This document shows, one piece after another, positions 1-10,243 of a stretch of 64,000 bases of DNA (its first letter is position 1; each line of letters begins with the position of its first letter). The notes beneath the pieces were generated by a model, which was not told where the DNA came from, made no database searches, and worked only from the letters and a program-made list of their open reading frames with translations. The stretch is from an uncultured delta proteobacterium. GTDB lineage: Bacteria > Desulfobacterota > Binatia > UBA9968. Made by a program: the position numbers and the translations under genes. Location of the stretch: the NCBI GenBank assembly GCA_963771465.1, contig CAVYTU010000015.1:896001-960000 (forward strand), written 5' to 3'.

Positions 1-452
1 GCATGAGAACCGGCCAAGCTGACGCTGGCTGGTCGGTTGCGCCGTTTCAATTGGATCGGGTAGAGAAAGGAGAACTGCGCGTGGTCGTGAAAGGCGAAGA
101 GATCACGGCGATGAAAGAACTCACCGCGCGGGTGCATTTTATCAACACCGACTTCGCCGCCAAAAACGCCGAAGCCGTGCGCGGCTTTTTTCGCGCCCAA
201 CAGCGTGCCCTCGACTATATGTTCGAACACAAAGAAGACACGGCAAAGATCTGGATTCGCCGCGCCGAAATGAAATTCCCGGAATCTGCGGTGCTCAAGA
301 CTTGGGACTATTACAACAGAGCGGCGCTTACGTTGAAACCGATCCGCGGCCTACAGACGATCATCGAAGACGGCATCAGGAATAACTTCCTTAAACAGCC
401 GCTAACCCAAGCCGAGTTAAACAGTCTCGTCGACCTGAGCTATTTGCCGTAA
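1..452 (+). CDS. ABC transporter substrate-binding protein, NMT1/SsuA/TauA-like (5' partial)
   Basis: C-terminal SBP pattern (FAAKNAEAVRGFFRA...LVDLSYLP); followed by two NitT/TauT permeases; start lies outside the window. Confidence 0.85.
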   Translation, partial: MRTGQADAGWSVAPFQLDRVEKGELRVVVKGEEITAMKELTARVHFINTDFAAKNAEAVRGFFRAQQRALDYMFEHKEDTAKIWIRRAEMKFPESAVLKTWDYYNRAALTLKPIRGLQTIIEDGIRNNFLKQPLTQAELNSLVDLSYLP

Positions 453-458
453 TGGGTC

Positions 459-500
459 TTATCCCGTCGCCCGCTTGCGGGAGAGAGCGAAGGTGAGGGC
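459..500. repeat. Intergenic REP-like palindrome (CCCGCTTGCGGG core plus GGTGAGGG tail)
   Basis: tcccgtcgcccgcttgcgggagagagcgaaggtgaggg: GC hairpin resembling the CCCTCTCCC...GGGAGAGGG...GGTGAGGG repeat type. Confidence 0.5.
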
Positions 501-513
501 AAGTAAAACACTC

Positions 514-1260
514 ATGTCCGAAACCACAAGACTCAACGCCTGGCGACTGGGTATCATCTTCGGCGCGCTCTTGATCGTCGAGGCCTCGGTGCGCGCCGGC
601 TGGATCAGCACATTTTTTCTCGCTGCGCCGACCCGCGCGGTGATCGTGCTCTGGCAACAACTGGTGCACGGCAACGCGCTGGTGCTCACCGGCATCACGC
701 TCTTCGAGATCGCCGCTTGCCTGGCGATCGCCACCGTCTTCGGCGTGCTCGCCGGTTTTTTTCTCTGGCGCTACAAACTTATCGGCACGAGTTACGAGAC
801 CTTGCTGGCGGCGCTATTCTCGTCGCCGATCATTCTCGCCTATCCGATTTTTCTGGTCACCTTTGGCCGTACCAGCGCGGCGGTGATCGCACTGTCGTCG
901 ATCTTCGGTTTGATCCCGATCATCATTACGACCAAAGGCGCTTTCCAGAACGTCAATCCGATCTTGCTGCAAGTCGGCGCCAGCATGAATCTCAACCGCA
1001 AACAGATGTTCCGCCACATTTTGATCCCGGCGGTGGCGCCGACGATCTTCAGCGGTTTTCGCTTGGCGCTCACCTACGTTCTTAAATCGGTTCTCGGCCT
1101 CGAATACGTCGCCCAGGTCGGCGGCGTCGGCATGTGGCTGTCCGATGCGGCGTTCAAGTTCGAAGTCGAAGAGGTTTATGCCGGGCTGTTCGGTACCATC
1201 ATACTGTCAATCCTGTTTCTCTATTTGATCAACCGCGGCGAGAGTTGGTTTCGGAAGTAG
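514..1260 (+). CDS. NitT/TauT-family ABC transporter permease
   Basis: Multiple TM segments and an EAA-like loop (VGASMNLNRKQMFRHILIPA); ATG at 514 chosen over TTG at 475. Confidence 0.9.
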   Translation: MSETTRLNAWRLGIIFGALLIVEASVRAGWISTFFLAAPTRAVIVLWQQLVHGNALVLTGITLFEIAACLAIATVFGVLAGFFLWRYKLIGTSYETLLAALFSSPIILAYPIFLVTFGRTSAAVIALSSIFGLIPIIITTKGAFQNVNPILLQVGASMNLNRKQMFRHILIPAVAPTIFSGFRLALTYVLKSVLGLEYVAQVGGVGMWLSDAAFKFEVEEVYAGLFGTIILSILFLYLINRGESWFRK

Positions 1261-1262
1261 CG

Positions 1263-2078
1263 ATGGAGTTGGCCCGACCACATTCGCCAGGAGTCGCCGA
1301 CAAGCTTCAGACACCCCTCGGCGTGCAAGCGCTCACCTTGCTCGGCTTGGTCGTCGTCTGGGAATTCATCGGCCGGGCGGAACTGATCTTCCCAGAACTT
1401 TTCCCGTCGATCACTGCAATCCTTCAATCGCTTTGGACCTACGTCACCACACCGGTAATGATGCCGCATCTCAAAGCCAGCCTCTACGAAGTCGGCGGCG
1501 CCATCGCCATCGCCGCGCTCGCCGGCGTCCCATTGGGAATACTCTGGGGCAGCAAGCGCAGTTGGCTCGATATCGTCGAACCACTGATTCTCTACGCCGC
1601 GGTGGTGCCCAAGATCGTCATCTTTCCGGTGTTCATTTTGTTCTTGGGAATCGACGTCCACTCGAAGCTCGCCGTCGGCGCCATCGCCGCCTTCTTTCCG
1701 ATCTCGCTGCTCACCATCGCCGGCATGCGCGAAGTGAAAAAAGTCTACATCGACGTCGCCCGCACCATTGGCGCCACGCCGGTACAGATCGCGAAAAGCA
1801 TCTATCTGCCGGCCATCGCCGGCCAGGTATTCACCGGCATCCGCATCGGTCTAGGCGCCGCGGTCACCGGCGCGCTGCTCGCTGAAACCAAAATCGCCAA
1901 AGCCGGCTTGGGTTTCATGATCGTCGAATACTACGGTCAATTCCGCATCGCCGACATGTACGCGCTGCTGCTGTTCATTTTCATTCTCGCCTCGCTGGCC
2001 AATTGGGCGATGAAGTCGTTGTTCGGTTTTCTCTCCCCGATGTCACGCAAGGGCGGCGACGCGGGGATGTATTTCTAA
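1263..2078 (+). CDS. NitT/TauT-family ABC transporter permease
   Basis: TM segments, EAA loop (DVARTIGATPVQIAKSIYLPA), GLGF motif; ATG 2 nt after the upstream stop. Confidence 0.9.
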   Translation: MELARPHSPGVADKLQTPLGVQALTLLGLVVVWEFIGRAELIFPELFPSITAILQSLWTYVTTPVMMPHLKASLYEVGGAIAIAALAGVPLGILWGSKRSWLDIVEPLILYAAVVPKIVIFPVFILFLGIDVHSKLAVGAIAAFFPISLLTIAGMREVKKVYIDVARTIGATPVQIAKSIYLPAIAGQVFTGIRIGLGAAVTGALLAETKIAKAGLGFMIVEYYGQFRIADMYALLLFIFILASLANWAMKSLFGFLSPMSRKGGDAGMYF

Positions 2079-2097
2079 TTGGCTTGTTTTTAGATAA

Positions 2098-2888
2098 TTG
2101 TTTCGAACTAGCGGCGCTAACAGCAGTCGTCAATCATCGCCAATCAAAAAACTCCTCATCGGGATTCGCCGCGCCGTTGGCACAACCAAGCTCGCCCGCC
2201 TGCTCCATCGCCATCTCCCTTCGGGCAAGCGTTGCAAGGAATGTCTCGTGCCATTCCTCGGCGTTTTCGCGCTACCCTACCGTTTCTTGCAAATTCGCCC
2301 GTCGCGGAAAACTCCCCATCTCTGTACGCTTTGATACGAGCTCGCTCCTCCGGGCGGGGAGACCAAAAACATCTCGGTCCTGTTCGTCGACATCCGCGGC
2401 TTCGCCGCGCTGCGGAACAGATGAATCCCGCCGAAGTCGCCACGCGTCTCAATCGTTTCTATGACATCGCCACCAACGCGATCTTTCGTCACGACGGCAC
2501 GCTCGACAAGCTCGTCGGCGACGAAGTGATGGCATTCTTCGCCGCGCCACTGGCAAGACCACGCGCGCCGAGCGGTAACGAGAGCCCTGGAAATTTTGCG
2601 CGAGGTTGCAGCCATGCCTGAGGACCACCGGCCGGAAGTCGGCGCCGATTCAGTACCGGCCAAGCGTTCGTCGGCAACGTCGGCGGCAAAGACGTGACCG
2701 ACTACACCGTGCTTGGCGATACGGTCAATGTCGCGTCGCGACTCCAAGGCGCTGCCGCGCCGGGTGAAATCTTGATCGCGTAGGAAACTTTCGGACAAAT
2801 CGAAAAACAATTTCCCAACGCCACGGCGCCGGGAGCTGGAACTTAGGGCAAGAGCGATACGGTCGTCGCGTGAGAGATCGCGCGCTAA
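2098..2888 (+). pseudogene. Class III adenylate/guanylate cyclase with N-terminal Cys-motif domain, disrupted
   Basis: Pieces across frames: CKEC...HLCTL(TGA)YELAPPGGETKNISVLFVDIRGF / EQMNPAEV...LDKLVGDEVMAFF / DHARRAV / TGQAFVGNVG...DYTVLGDTVNVASRLQ...GEILIA(TAG) / LELKGKS; about 4 frameshifts plus internal stops. Confidence 0.85.
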
Positions 2889-2974
2889 TGGTGTCTCCTT
2901 GCCAATTTAGCTGATTGACAGCCGCTCATCGCGTCATCTAGTGTTAGGCCATCGAGTTGGAATGGGAGGCGAAC

Positions 2975-4075
2975 ATGGAGAGCGTAAAAAAGAATTTAAT
3001 CGTTGACGCCGACGCCCACGTCGTTGAGTGCGCGCGAACTTGGGACTTCATGGACAAGTCCGAGCAGCAGTATCGCCCGCTGCCATTGGAGGCGCGCGAA
3101 GAAGCCGGCGTGCGCCAGCAGTTTTGGCTGATCGACGGGAAGGTGCGCGGCTTTCGCTTCGCGGCATTCTCCGATGAAGAATTGGCCAAGCGCCAACAAC
3201 AAGTGGGGCGCAAATTCGCCGATCAGCAGGAGTCCCGCGAGCTCGGCAACGTCGACCTGCGCTTGCAGCATATGGACGACACCGACGTCGACATACAGGT
3301 GCTGCACAATACCATGTTCATCGAGTCTTGCGCCGATCGTCCGGCCGTCGACGTGGCGCTCTGCAAGGGTTGGAACCGCTGGCTCGCCGATATTTGGCAA
3401 CAGAGCAACGGACGCCTGCGCTGGTCGTGCATGCCGCCGCTCTTGAGCATGACCGACGCGCTGGATCAAATTCGCTGGTCCAAGGAGAACGGCGCGGTGG
3501 CCGTCTGCCTGCGGCCCGTGGAAGGCAACCGGTTGCTCGCCGATCCGTATTTCTATCCGGTCTATGACGAAGCGCAGAAACTCGACATGGCGATCGCCAT
3601 TCATATCGCCAACGGCAACCCTTGGCTCAGCGATCTGTACAACCATCCGACTCGCATCGCGTCCACATTGCACCGCTTCCGCGTGCCGACGGTGGCGTCG
3701 TTCAACGACATTCTCTTGAGCGAGATTCACGAACAGTTTCCCAAACTTCGTTTCGGCTTCATCGAAGCCAGCGCCCAATGGGTGCCGTGGGTGATGCACG
3801 AGGCCAAGAACCGCTTCAAAACCCTCGGCCGCCCGTGGCCCGACAACGCGATGAAAGAGTACGGCATGTTCGTCACCTGTGAAAACTCCGATGACATCCC
3901 CTACATCGTGCGCGAGGCCGGCGAAGATAACTTGGTGATCGGTACCGACTACGGCCACACCGATATTTCCAGCGATGTCGATGCGATAAGAATCTTTCGC
4001 GAGCGCAGCGACCTGACGCCGGCGGTCAAAGCGAAAATATTGAGCGATAATTCCCGCGCGCTTTACGCCCTATGA
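2975..4075 (+). CDS. Amidohydrolase_2 family protein (LigW/ACMSD-like)
   Basis: VDADAH, IAIH, FIEAS, GTDYGH motifs; GGAGG RBS before ATG 2975. Confidence 0.9.
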   Translation: MESVKKNLIVDADAHVVECARTWDFMDKSEQQYRPLPLEAREEAGVRQQFWLIDGKVRGFRFAAFSDEELAKRQQQVGRKFADQQESRELGNVDLRLQHMDDTDVDIQVLHNTMFIESCADRPAVDVALCKGWNRWLADIWQQSNGRLRWSCMPPLLSMTDALDQIRWSKENGAVAVCLRPVEGNRLLADPYFYPVYDEAQKLDMAIAIHIANGNPWLSDLYNHPTRIASTLHRFRVPTVASFNDILLSEIHEQFPKLRFGFIEASAQWVPWVMHEAKNRFKTLGRPWPDNAMKEYGMFVTCENSDDIPYIVREAGEDNLVIGTDYGHTDISSDVDAIRIFRERSDLTPAVKAKILSDNSRALYAL

Positions 4076-4104
4076 GATTTTGATAATTCGCTTAAACAAG
4101 AATC

Positions 4105-5076
4105 ATGCAAATCGCCGTCGTTCTGCTGCTCTTTCTCGCAGCCATCGCTGCGCCGACCCATCTCGGTGCGCAGAGCGGCGGGAAAAAAGTCCGTCTCGGC
4201 ATCCAGTCCAATAACATCGGTTTTCTGCCGTTTCATCTCGCCTATCACAAAGGCTTTTACCGCGAGCAGGGCATCGATCTTGAAACCATTTTCATGTCGA
4301 CTCAGGCAGTCAACGCCGCCTTCGTGCGCGGCGATATTGACTACAGCGCCGCCATCAACGGCATGGTACAAACCATTGTGCGCGGCAACCCGGCCAAGAT
4401 ACTCGCTTGCGCCGTCGATCGCCCGCTGATCTCGCTCATCGCGCGCAAAGAAATCCGCGTCCCGCAAGATCTCAAGGGTAAAAAAATCGGTGGCAGCACG
4501 CCAGGCGGCACCGCGACCTTGATGGCCGACACCGCGCTCAAACATTTGGGCTTTCAGGCGGTACGTGACGTGACGATTGTGCCACTGAGGGAAAATCGTT
4601 TGGCCGCGCTCGAATCCGGCGCCGTTGACGCCGCGCTCCTCGGCGTGCCGGAGAATATTCTCGCCGTCGACCGCGGCTACAATGAGCTGCTCTTCGTCGG
4701 CGACATCGTTAATTTTCCTCAGAACGCCATCGGCGCTTCAGCCAAGAAAATTCAAGAAAGCCCCGACGAAGTCTACGGCATGGTGCGCGCCGCGCTACGC
4801 GCGTTGAATTTTGTTCTAGAGCCGCGCAACCGCGAGGAAGTCATCAACATCATCGTCAAGCAATGGAAGCTCACCGACCGGCGCATCGCGACGGAGATGC
4901 TCCGGCAATTTAACCGCGGCATGGCGCGCGATCTGATGGCCAAGCCCGAGGGCATGCAGCTGATGATCGACTTGGTGCGCGAAGATTCCAAAGTCGCCCT
5001 GCCGTTTACGATCGCGCAAGTCGTCGACTACAGCTTCCTCGAAAAAGCCCGCCGCGATCTGGGCGCGAATCGTTAA
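4105..5076 (+). CDS. ABC substrate-binding protein, NMT1/SsuA-like
   Basis: Signal peptide; KGFYREQGIDLE, DLKGKKIG, ALESGAVDAA motifs. Confidence 0.9.
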   Translation: MQIAVVLLLFLAAIAAPTHLGAQSGGKKVRLGIQSNNIGFLPFHLAYHKGFYREQGIDLETIFMSTQAVNAAFVRGDIDYSAAINGMVQTIVRGNPAKILACAVDRPLISLIARKEIRVPQDLKGKKIGGSTPGGTATLMADTALKHLGFQAVRDVTIVPLRENRLAALESGAVDAALLGVPENILAVDRGYNELLFVGDIVNFPQNAIGASAKKIQESPDEVYGMVRAALRALNFVLEPRNREEVINIIVKQWKLTDRRIATEMLRQFNRGMARDLMAKPEGMQLMIDLVREDSKVALPFTIAQVVDYSFLEKARRDLGANR

Positions 5077-5211
5077 GGCGGCCACTCTAGAATTTTAAAC
5101 TCTCGGAACTGCTACGGCCAAGCATATCTTTCACCTCTCTTCTCCTCGCGCCTTTGTCGTACCTCGGTGATTGTGTTACAGGCAAGCCATTACAATTAGC
5201 AGGAAACGGCC

Positions 5212-6225
5212 GTGCATTTTTACATCAACATTCTCACCACCTATTTCTCCGACATCGATCCGCCCTACGACGTCTATTACCGCCAGATTCTTGAACAGAT
5301 CGAGCTCGCCGAAGAACTTGGCTGGGAATGCTTCATGTTTAACGAGCACCATTTTCTCGGCTACGGCGGGCTAGTGGCCAATCCGGCCGTGTTGCTCGCC
5401 AGCGCGGCGGCGCGGACAAAGAAAATTCGCTTGGGCCCGTGCATCGCGATCCTACCGCTGCGCCATCCGCTGCACACGGCGGAAGATTACGCCATGGTTG
5501 ATGCCATATCCGGCGGGCGCTTGGAGTTCGGCATCGGCTCGGGCAACACGGAAATGGACTACCGCGTGTTCGGTGTCACGCGCGACGACGACCGAGAGCG
5601 CTCAGCTGAGGCGCTCGAAGTGATCTTGAAGGTTTGGTCCAATGAACGGGCGAGTCATCACGGCAAGTTCTGGCAATTCGAAGAGCTGACGCTTTATCCA
5701 CGTCCCATACAGCAACCTCATCCGTCGATCTGGGTTGCCGGCACTTCTGCGGCAGGATTAGGTTGGGCCGGACGCAACGGCTATCACATCATGACTGTGG
5801 GCCATCCCCATGCGCCAGAAAAAGTTCGCCTCGGCGTTGATGCGTGGAAACAAGGACTGCTCGACGCGCGCATCGATCCGGCCACGCGCCACTCTCAATT
5901 TCACGTCCGCACCCACGTCAATGAAAATGCCGCGCGCGCCCGCGAGATCGGCATGGCGGCGGTAACGCGTTACGACGAAATCTCCCGCGTCGGCAGGCGC
6001 TCGCTCACGGCGGCGGCGACCGAATATGACTGGGACATGATGCTCGCGACCGGACGCAATAACTACGGCACGCCTGAGCAGGTTATCCGCGGCATCCACA
6101 ACGCAGCGCGAAACTATTACTTCGACACGCTGACGACGACGTTTAACTTCGGCGGCATTGCGCACGGTGAGATTCTCAAATCCATGCGGCTGTTCGCCAA
6201 GGAAGTCATGCCGGCGTTTGGTTAG
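5212..6225 (+). CDS. LLM class flavin-dependent oxidoreductase (luciferase-like)
   Basis: EHHF, AARTKKIRLG, HPLHTAEDYAMVD..SGGRLEFGIGSG, PRPIQQPHP motifs; GTG start. Confidence 0.92.
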   Translation: MHFYINILTTYFSDIDPPYDVYYRQILEQIELAEELGWECFMFNEHHFLGYGGLVANPAVLLASAAARTKKIRLGPCIAILPLRHPLHTAEDYAMVDAISGGRLEFGIGSGNTEMDYRVFGVTRDDDRERSAEALEVILKVWSNERASHHGKFWQFEELTLYPRPIQQPHPSIWVAGTSAAGLGWAGRNGYHIMTVGHPHAPEKVRLGVDAWKQGLLDARIDPATRHSQFHVRTHVNENAARAREIGMAAVTRYDEISRVGRRSLTAAATEYDWDMMLATGRNNYGTPEQVIRGIHNAARNYYFDTLTTTFNFGGIAHGEILKSMRLFAKEVMPAFG

Positions 6226-6266
6226 CGATACGCGAGCCGGGGCTCAAAGGATAAGTGAATAACCAG

Positions 6267-6734
6267 TCACTTCAGGGCTGAATCAACCGGAGGGTTCGAT
6301 CCCAGAATTTCTATTTTCACCGACGTCATGCCGCGCGTGACAAACCCAAGCAAGCTGGCCGCCCGCCGGGTAAGATCGATGACGCGATTTTTTTGCAGCG
6401 GCCCGCGGTCGTTGACGCGCACAACCACGCTGCGAAGGTTAGTTAAATTAATTACCCGCACGAGAGTGCCGAAGGGCAAGGTCTTGTGCGCCGCGGTGAG
6501 CGCGTTGTGGTCGAAGGATTCACCGTTGGCGGTTCGGCGCCCGTGAAAACTCCCATGATAGTACGCCGCCAAGCCCGTCTCGGTTTGAATATTATTCTCA
6601 CTAGGCTTTGTCGGTTCCTCTACGGCTACCGGAGCGGGTTCGCTTTCAGTTTCCTGACAGAGTGCAAAATCAACTTTCGCAGCACCCATCGCAGCGACGA
6701 AGATTGCCAACACGAACGGCTTAGTTAAATCCAT
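6267..6734 (-). CDS. rlpA: RlpA-family septal ring lytic transglycosylase (DPBB domain)
   Basis: GRRTANGE, TAAHKTLPFGT, VRVNDRGP, RVIDL motifs; signal peptide. Confidence 0.9.
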   Translation of the reverse strand: MDLTKPFVLAIFVAAMGAAKVDFALCQETESEPAPVAVEEPTKPSENNIQTETGLAAYYHGSFHGRRTANGESFDHNALTAAHKTLPFGTLVRVINLTNLRSVVVRVNDRGPLQKNRVIDLTRRAASLLGFVTRGMTSVKIEILGSNPPVDSALK

Positions 6735-6739
6735 GGATG

Positions 6740-6990
6740 CTATTTTAGTATATCTTTGAGCCGCGTGACTAGAGAAGAATCCAAACGGAGCAATTCTTTC
6801 ACATTGCGCTCCAATTCTTCGCCAGATGCGGCGTTGATTTCCAATCGCGCGCGATTCGCTTCAGCGAGCAATTCCGGATCACGGATCGCTTCGATAAATC
6901 CCTGACGCAGTATTTCGACTAAATTTTTCGGCGTCCCTGGCGGCAAGAGATAGGGCCGCACGGCGGCGCCATGGCTTTGCGTTACGGCAC
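6740..6990 (-). pseudogene. C-terminal fragment of a Bug/TctC tripartite tricarboxylate transporter SBP
   Basis: RPYLLPPGTPKNLVEILRQGF...DPELLAEA...LKDILK matches the C-termini of the intact Bug paralogs in this window; the N-terminal three quarters are missing. Confidence 0.75.
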
Positions 6991-7490
6991 CATGCTTTCG
7001 CCGGACGGCCAACGGCTTTCTCGTAGACATCAAGCGTGCGCCAAATCACGGCGCGCTCTTCCTCCGGCGTGTGCGCGTAATCGGAGAGCAGATCGTTCTG
7101 CGCCCAATTGTGCGGCACTAACTCCCAGCCGCATTCGTTGCAGGCGTCGACGATGCGCCGCCGCTCGGTCATGGTCATGCCGTTGATGGTGCAGGATGGC
7201 TTGACGCCGAGCTGGTCGAACACCTCGATCACGCGCCAGATACCAATGCGCTGCCCGTATTCACGCCAAGTCCAGTTCGCCGTATCGAGCACATTGCCCG
7301 GCAGTCCATGCGGAATCGTCATCGGCCCGCCGGTGAACAGCGGCTCTTTTTGTCCTGGACGAAAGGGTTCCCAATACTCAATGTTGATCGTGATAATCAG
7401 CGCCAACTGCGCGCCGTCGGGAAAGCGCAGCGGCTGACGATCAGGCAGTGGAACATATGGATAAAATGACGGTAGCCCGTCGTCGCCCAT
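6991..7490 (-). pseudogene. N-terminal half of a polysaccharide deacetylase (PuuE/allantoinase-like), truncated
   Basis: RQPLRFPDGAQLALIITINIEYW, WREYGQRIGIWR, GWELVPHNW motifs; homology ends at GRPAKAW, where it joins the Bug fragment. Confidence 0.8.
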
Positions 7491-7964
7491 TGGGTATACC
7501 TCAGTCAATCTGTCGCTACAGGTTCCACAAAAATTGCGGATGAAGGGCAAATTACACGAGTGTTGGATCAATACCAAGGCAAAATTTTGCGGGAATTTGA
7601 CTTATTGTGTCTTAGAACTGCCCGCTTTAGTGCGCGCCTCCAGCGTTGATGAATACTCCTCGAATGTCGTTGTTGGATCGACTTGCGGCACAATGCGCCG
7701 TTCGTGCATGATCTTTGCTACATCATCGAGCTAAATCATTGGTTCGTCGCGGTTCATGGCGGGAATTGGCGCTTGTTATGACGCTGGGTCGCATGACCGC
7801 ATAATTTTTACTTGGCGGATAGAAGCGCAATAAAGCACTGTGTACGAATCGTTCGCCGGGGGATGACATATCCGCACGAATTACGACGCTTTGGATCACC
7901 TGTCCTCTCGGTGGATTTACATAAGGCATTGTTGTGAGAAAGGCCACAATCCTAGGAAACAAGG

Positions 7965-10097
7965 ATGAATACTCAATCTTCCGCAGCGGAAAACATTGGC
8001 GAGATCCTGACCCACGAAGGGCTACTCAGCCGCGACCAATTGACGCATAGCTTAGAGATTCAAAAGCAACAGTTGCCGCCCCAGCCGCTCGGCAGGGTAT
8101 GCGTCAGTCTGGGTTTTGTCTCCGAGGCCGATCTAGCGACCGTTTTGGTCAAACACCGCCGGCGACTTCAACTCGGTGAGCTTTTGGTCCACCTCGGTTT
8201 GATCGGCGGCGATCAACTACACAAGATACTCGAATATCAAAAAAAATCTCATTCGAAAAAGAAGCTCGGGACTCTTTTGATTGAGATGGGGCTGATTGAC
8301 GATGCCGCCCTGATTCGCGCTTTGTACAAGCAATCGCAACAAGGCGACCCACCGGGAAAACGCACCGGAGGCAAGTTCGCTGCCTTGGTCATCTCCGGCC
8401 GACTGCAGCCGGATCAACTCGAAGCCATCATCAAGAAAGCCGAACGCGAACGGCGCCCGGTCGAAAACCTCTTGATGGAATAAAAAGATTTGACAAAACT
8501 CGAATTGGGCGCAGCATTGAGCGCGTATTATCAATGCCCGTTCCAAGAGTATGACGAGAAACTGCTGATTGATCCGGTCTGTGTGAGCGGGATCAATCCC
8601 CATTATCTCAAAACCAATTACTGGATCCCGCTACGCGTCACCGACAAAACCGTCGACGTGCTCATTGACGATCCCCACGCCCATGACCGGATTCAGGACA
8701 TCAAGCGTCTATTTCCGCACAAGCGAGTTAAGTGTCGCGTCGGTCTGCGCGAGGACATTCTCCAATACGTCAATAGCTTCAGCATGGACCCAAGCGGCGC
8801 ACTCGCACGCGTGTCCGTCACGACCATCCTCGGCCAACTCGATACCGAAGATGAAGACCCGGCGGAAAGCAAAGATGAACTTCTTATCAGTGAAAACGAC
8901 AGCGCCATTGTCCGCCTGGTCAACCAAGTGATCGCCGATGCCTGGAAGCAACGCGTCTCCGACATCCATATCGAACCCCAAGGCAGCGAACGAAAAACGC
9001 GTATCCGTTTTCGCGTCGACGGCCAATGCTTTGAATATTTGCAAGTACCCGCGAGTTATCGGCGCGCGCTGATTTCCAGACTCAAGATCATGGCTGGCTT
9101 GGATATATCGGAGCGACGTAAACCTCAGGATGGCAAATTTAAGTTTCAATTGGCCGACCGGGCCATCGAACTGCGCGTTGCCAGCGTCCCGACTGCCGGC
9201 ATCGGCAACGAAGATATCGTACTGCGCATCTTGGCTTCCCAAGAACCGATTCAACTGTCCCGTTTACAAATGACACCGCGCAATTTGACTGAGTGTCGCG
9301 CCCTGCTCGATAAACCCTACGGCATGATTCTGTGCGTTGGCCCAACGGGTTCGGGAAAAACCACTACGCTGCACTCGGCTCTGGGTGCGATCAATGTCCC
9401 CGCCCGAAAGATTTGGACTGCCGAAGACCCAGTGGAAATTACCCAGCCGGGTCTGCGCCAAGTGCAAATTAATCGCAAGATCGGTTTCGACTTCGCCGCC
9501 GCCATGCGGGCGTTCTTGCGTGCCGATCCCGACGTGATCATGGTCGGCGAGATCCGCGACCACGAAACCGCCGAAACCGCCGTTGAAGCATCGCTCACCG
9601 GCCACTTGGTCTTGAGTACGCTGCACACCAACAGCGCCGTCGAAACGGTTAATCGTCTGCTAGAAATGGGGGTCGACCGGTTCAACTTTGCCGACTCGCT
9701 GCTCGGCGTCTTGGCGCAACGCCTGGCGCGCACGCTGTGCCCGGACTGTAAACAGTCCTACCACCCACCCAAAGAAGAATACGATGCCCTAGCACGCGGC
9801 TATGGCGAGACCGCGTTCGCGCAATTGGAGTTTAAATACAACGATCAATTTTCGCTGTACCGCGCCAAAGGCTGCGCGGCTTGCCGCGAGACCGGCTACA
9901 AAGGTCGCATGGGTTTGCATGAACTGTTGTTGGTGACGGACGAATTCAAAAAGCTCATCCACGCGCGCGCAACGGTGGCGGACATGTTCAATCTGGCAAC
10001 CGCACAAGGAATGACCACATTGATGCAAGACGGCATTTTGAAAGTTCTCCAAGGCTACACCGATTACGCCCAAGTCCGAGCTGTGACGACACGGTGA
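7965..10097 (+). pseudogene. GspE/PilB-family secretion ATPase with tandem MshEN-like N-terminal motifs, interrupted by an in-frame TAA at 8481-8483
   Basis: ORFs 7965..8483 and 8490..10097 are in the same frame; SDIHIEP, GPTGSGKTT, AEDPVE, LRADPDVIMVGEIRD, TGHLVLSTLHTN, CPDC/CAAC zinc motif. The stop could be a sequencing error. Confidence 0.8.
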
Positions 10098-10243
10098 TCA
10101 ATAAAGACGCTGCAAAGCTCGATTCCCTAGCTCCTTGCTGTTTCACTTTGTCGATGCAACCACCCTTCTTGAGTTCATCGAGTATCCCGGGCTCGTGGGA
10201 AAAGAATCCGATTTCAAGTCACCAACACGAGCCAGAACACGAA

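Noticed and set aside
2996-3958. Long antisense ORFs (also 27009..27989, 28966..29805, 38006..38887, 47722..48582, 55844..56605)
   Set aside because: Shadow frames of well-supported opposite-strand genes, typical of GC-rich DNA
7540-7600. c-di-GMP-I riboswitch upstream of the GspE-like gene (gggcaaa...ggcaaaa)
   Set aside because: Lacks the GAAA-tetraloop stem and GACGCAAAG core
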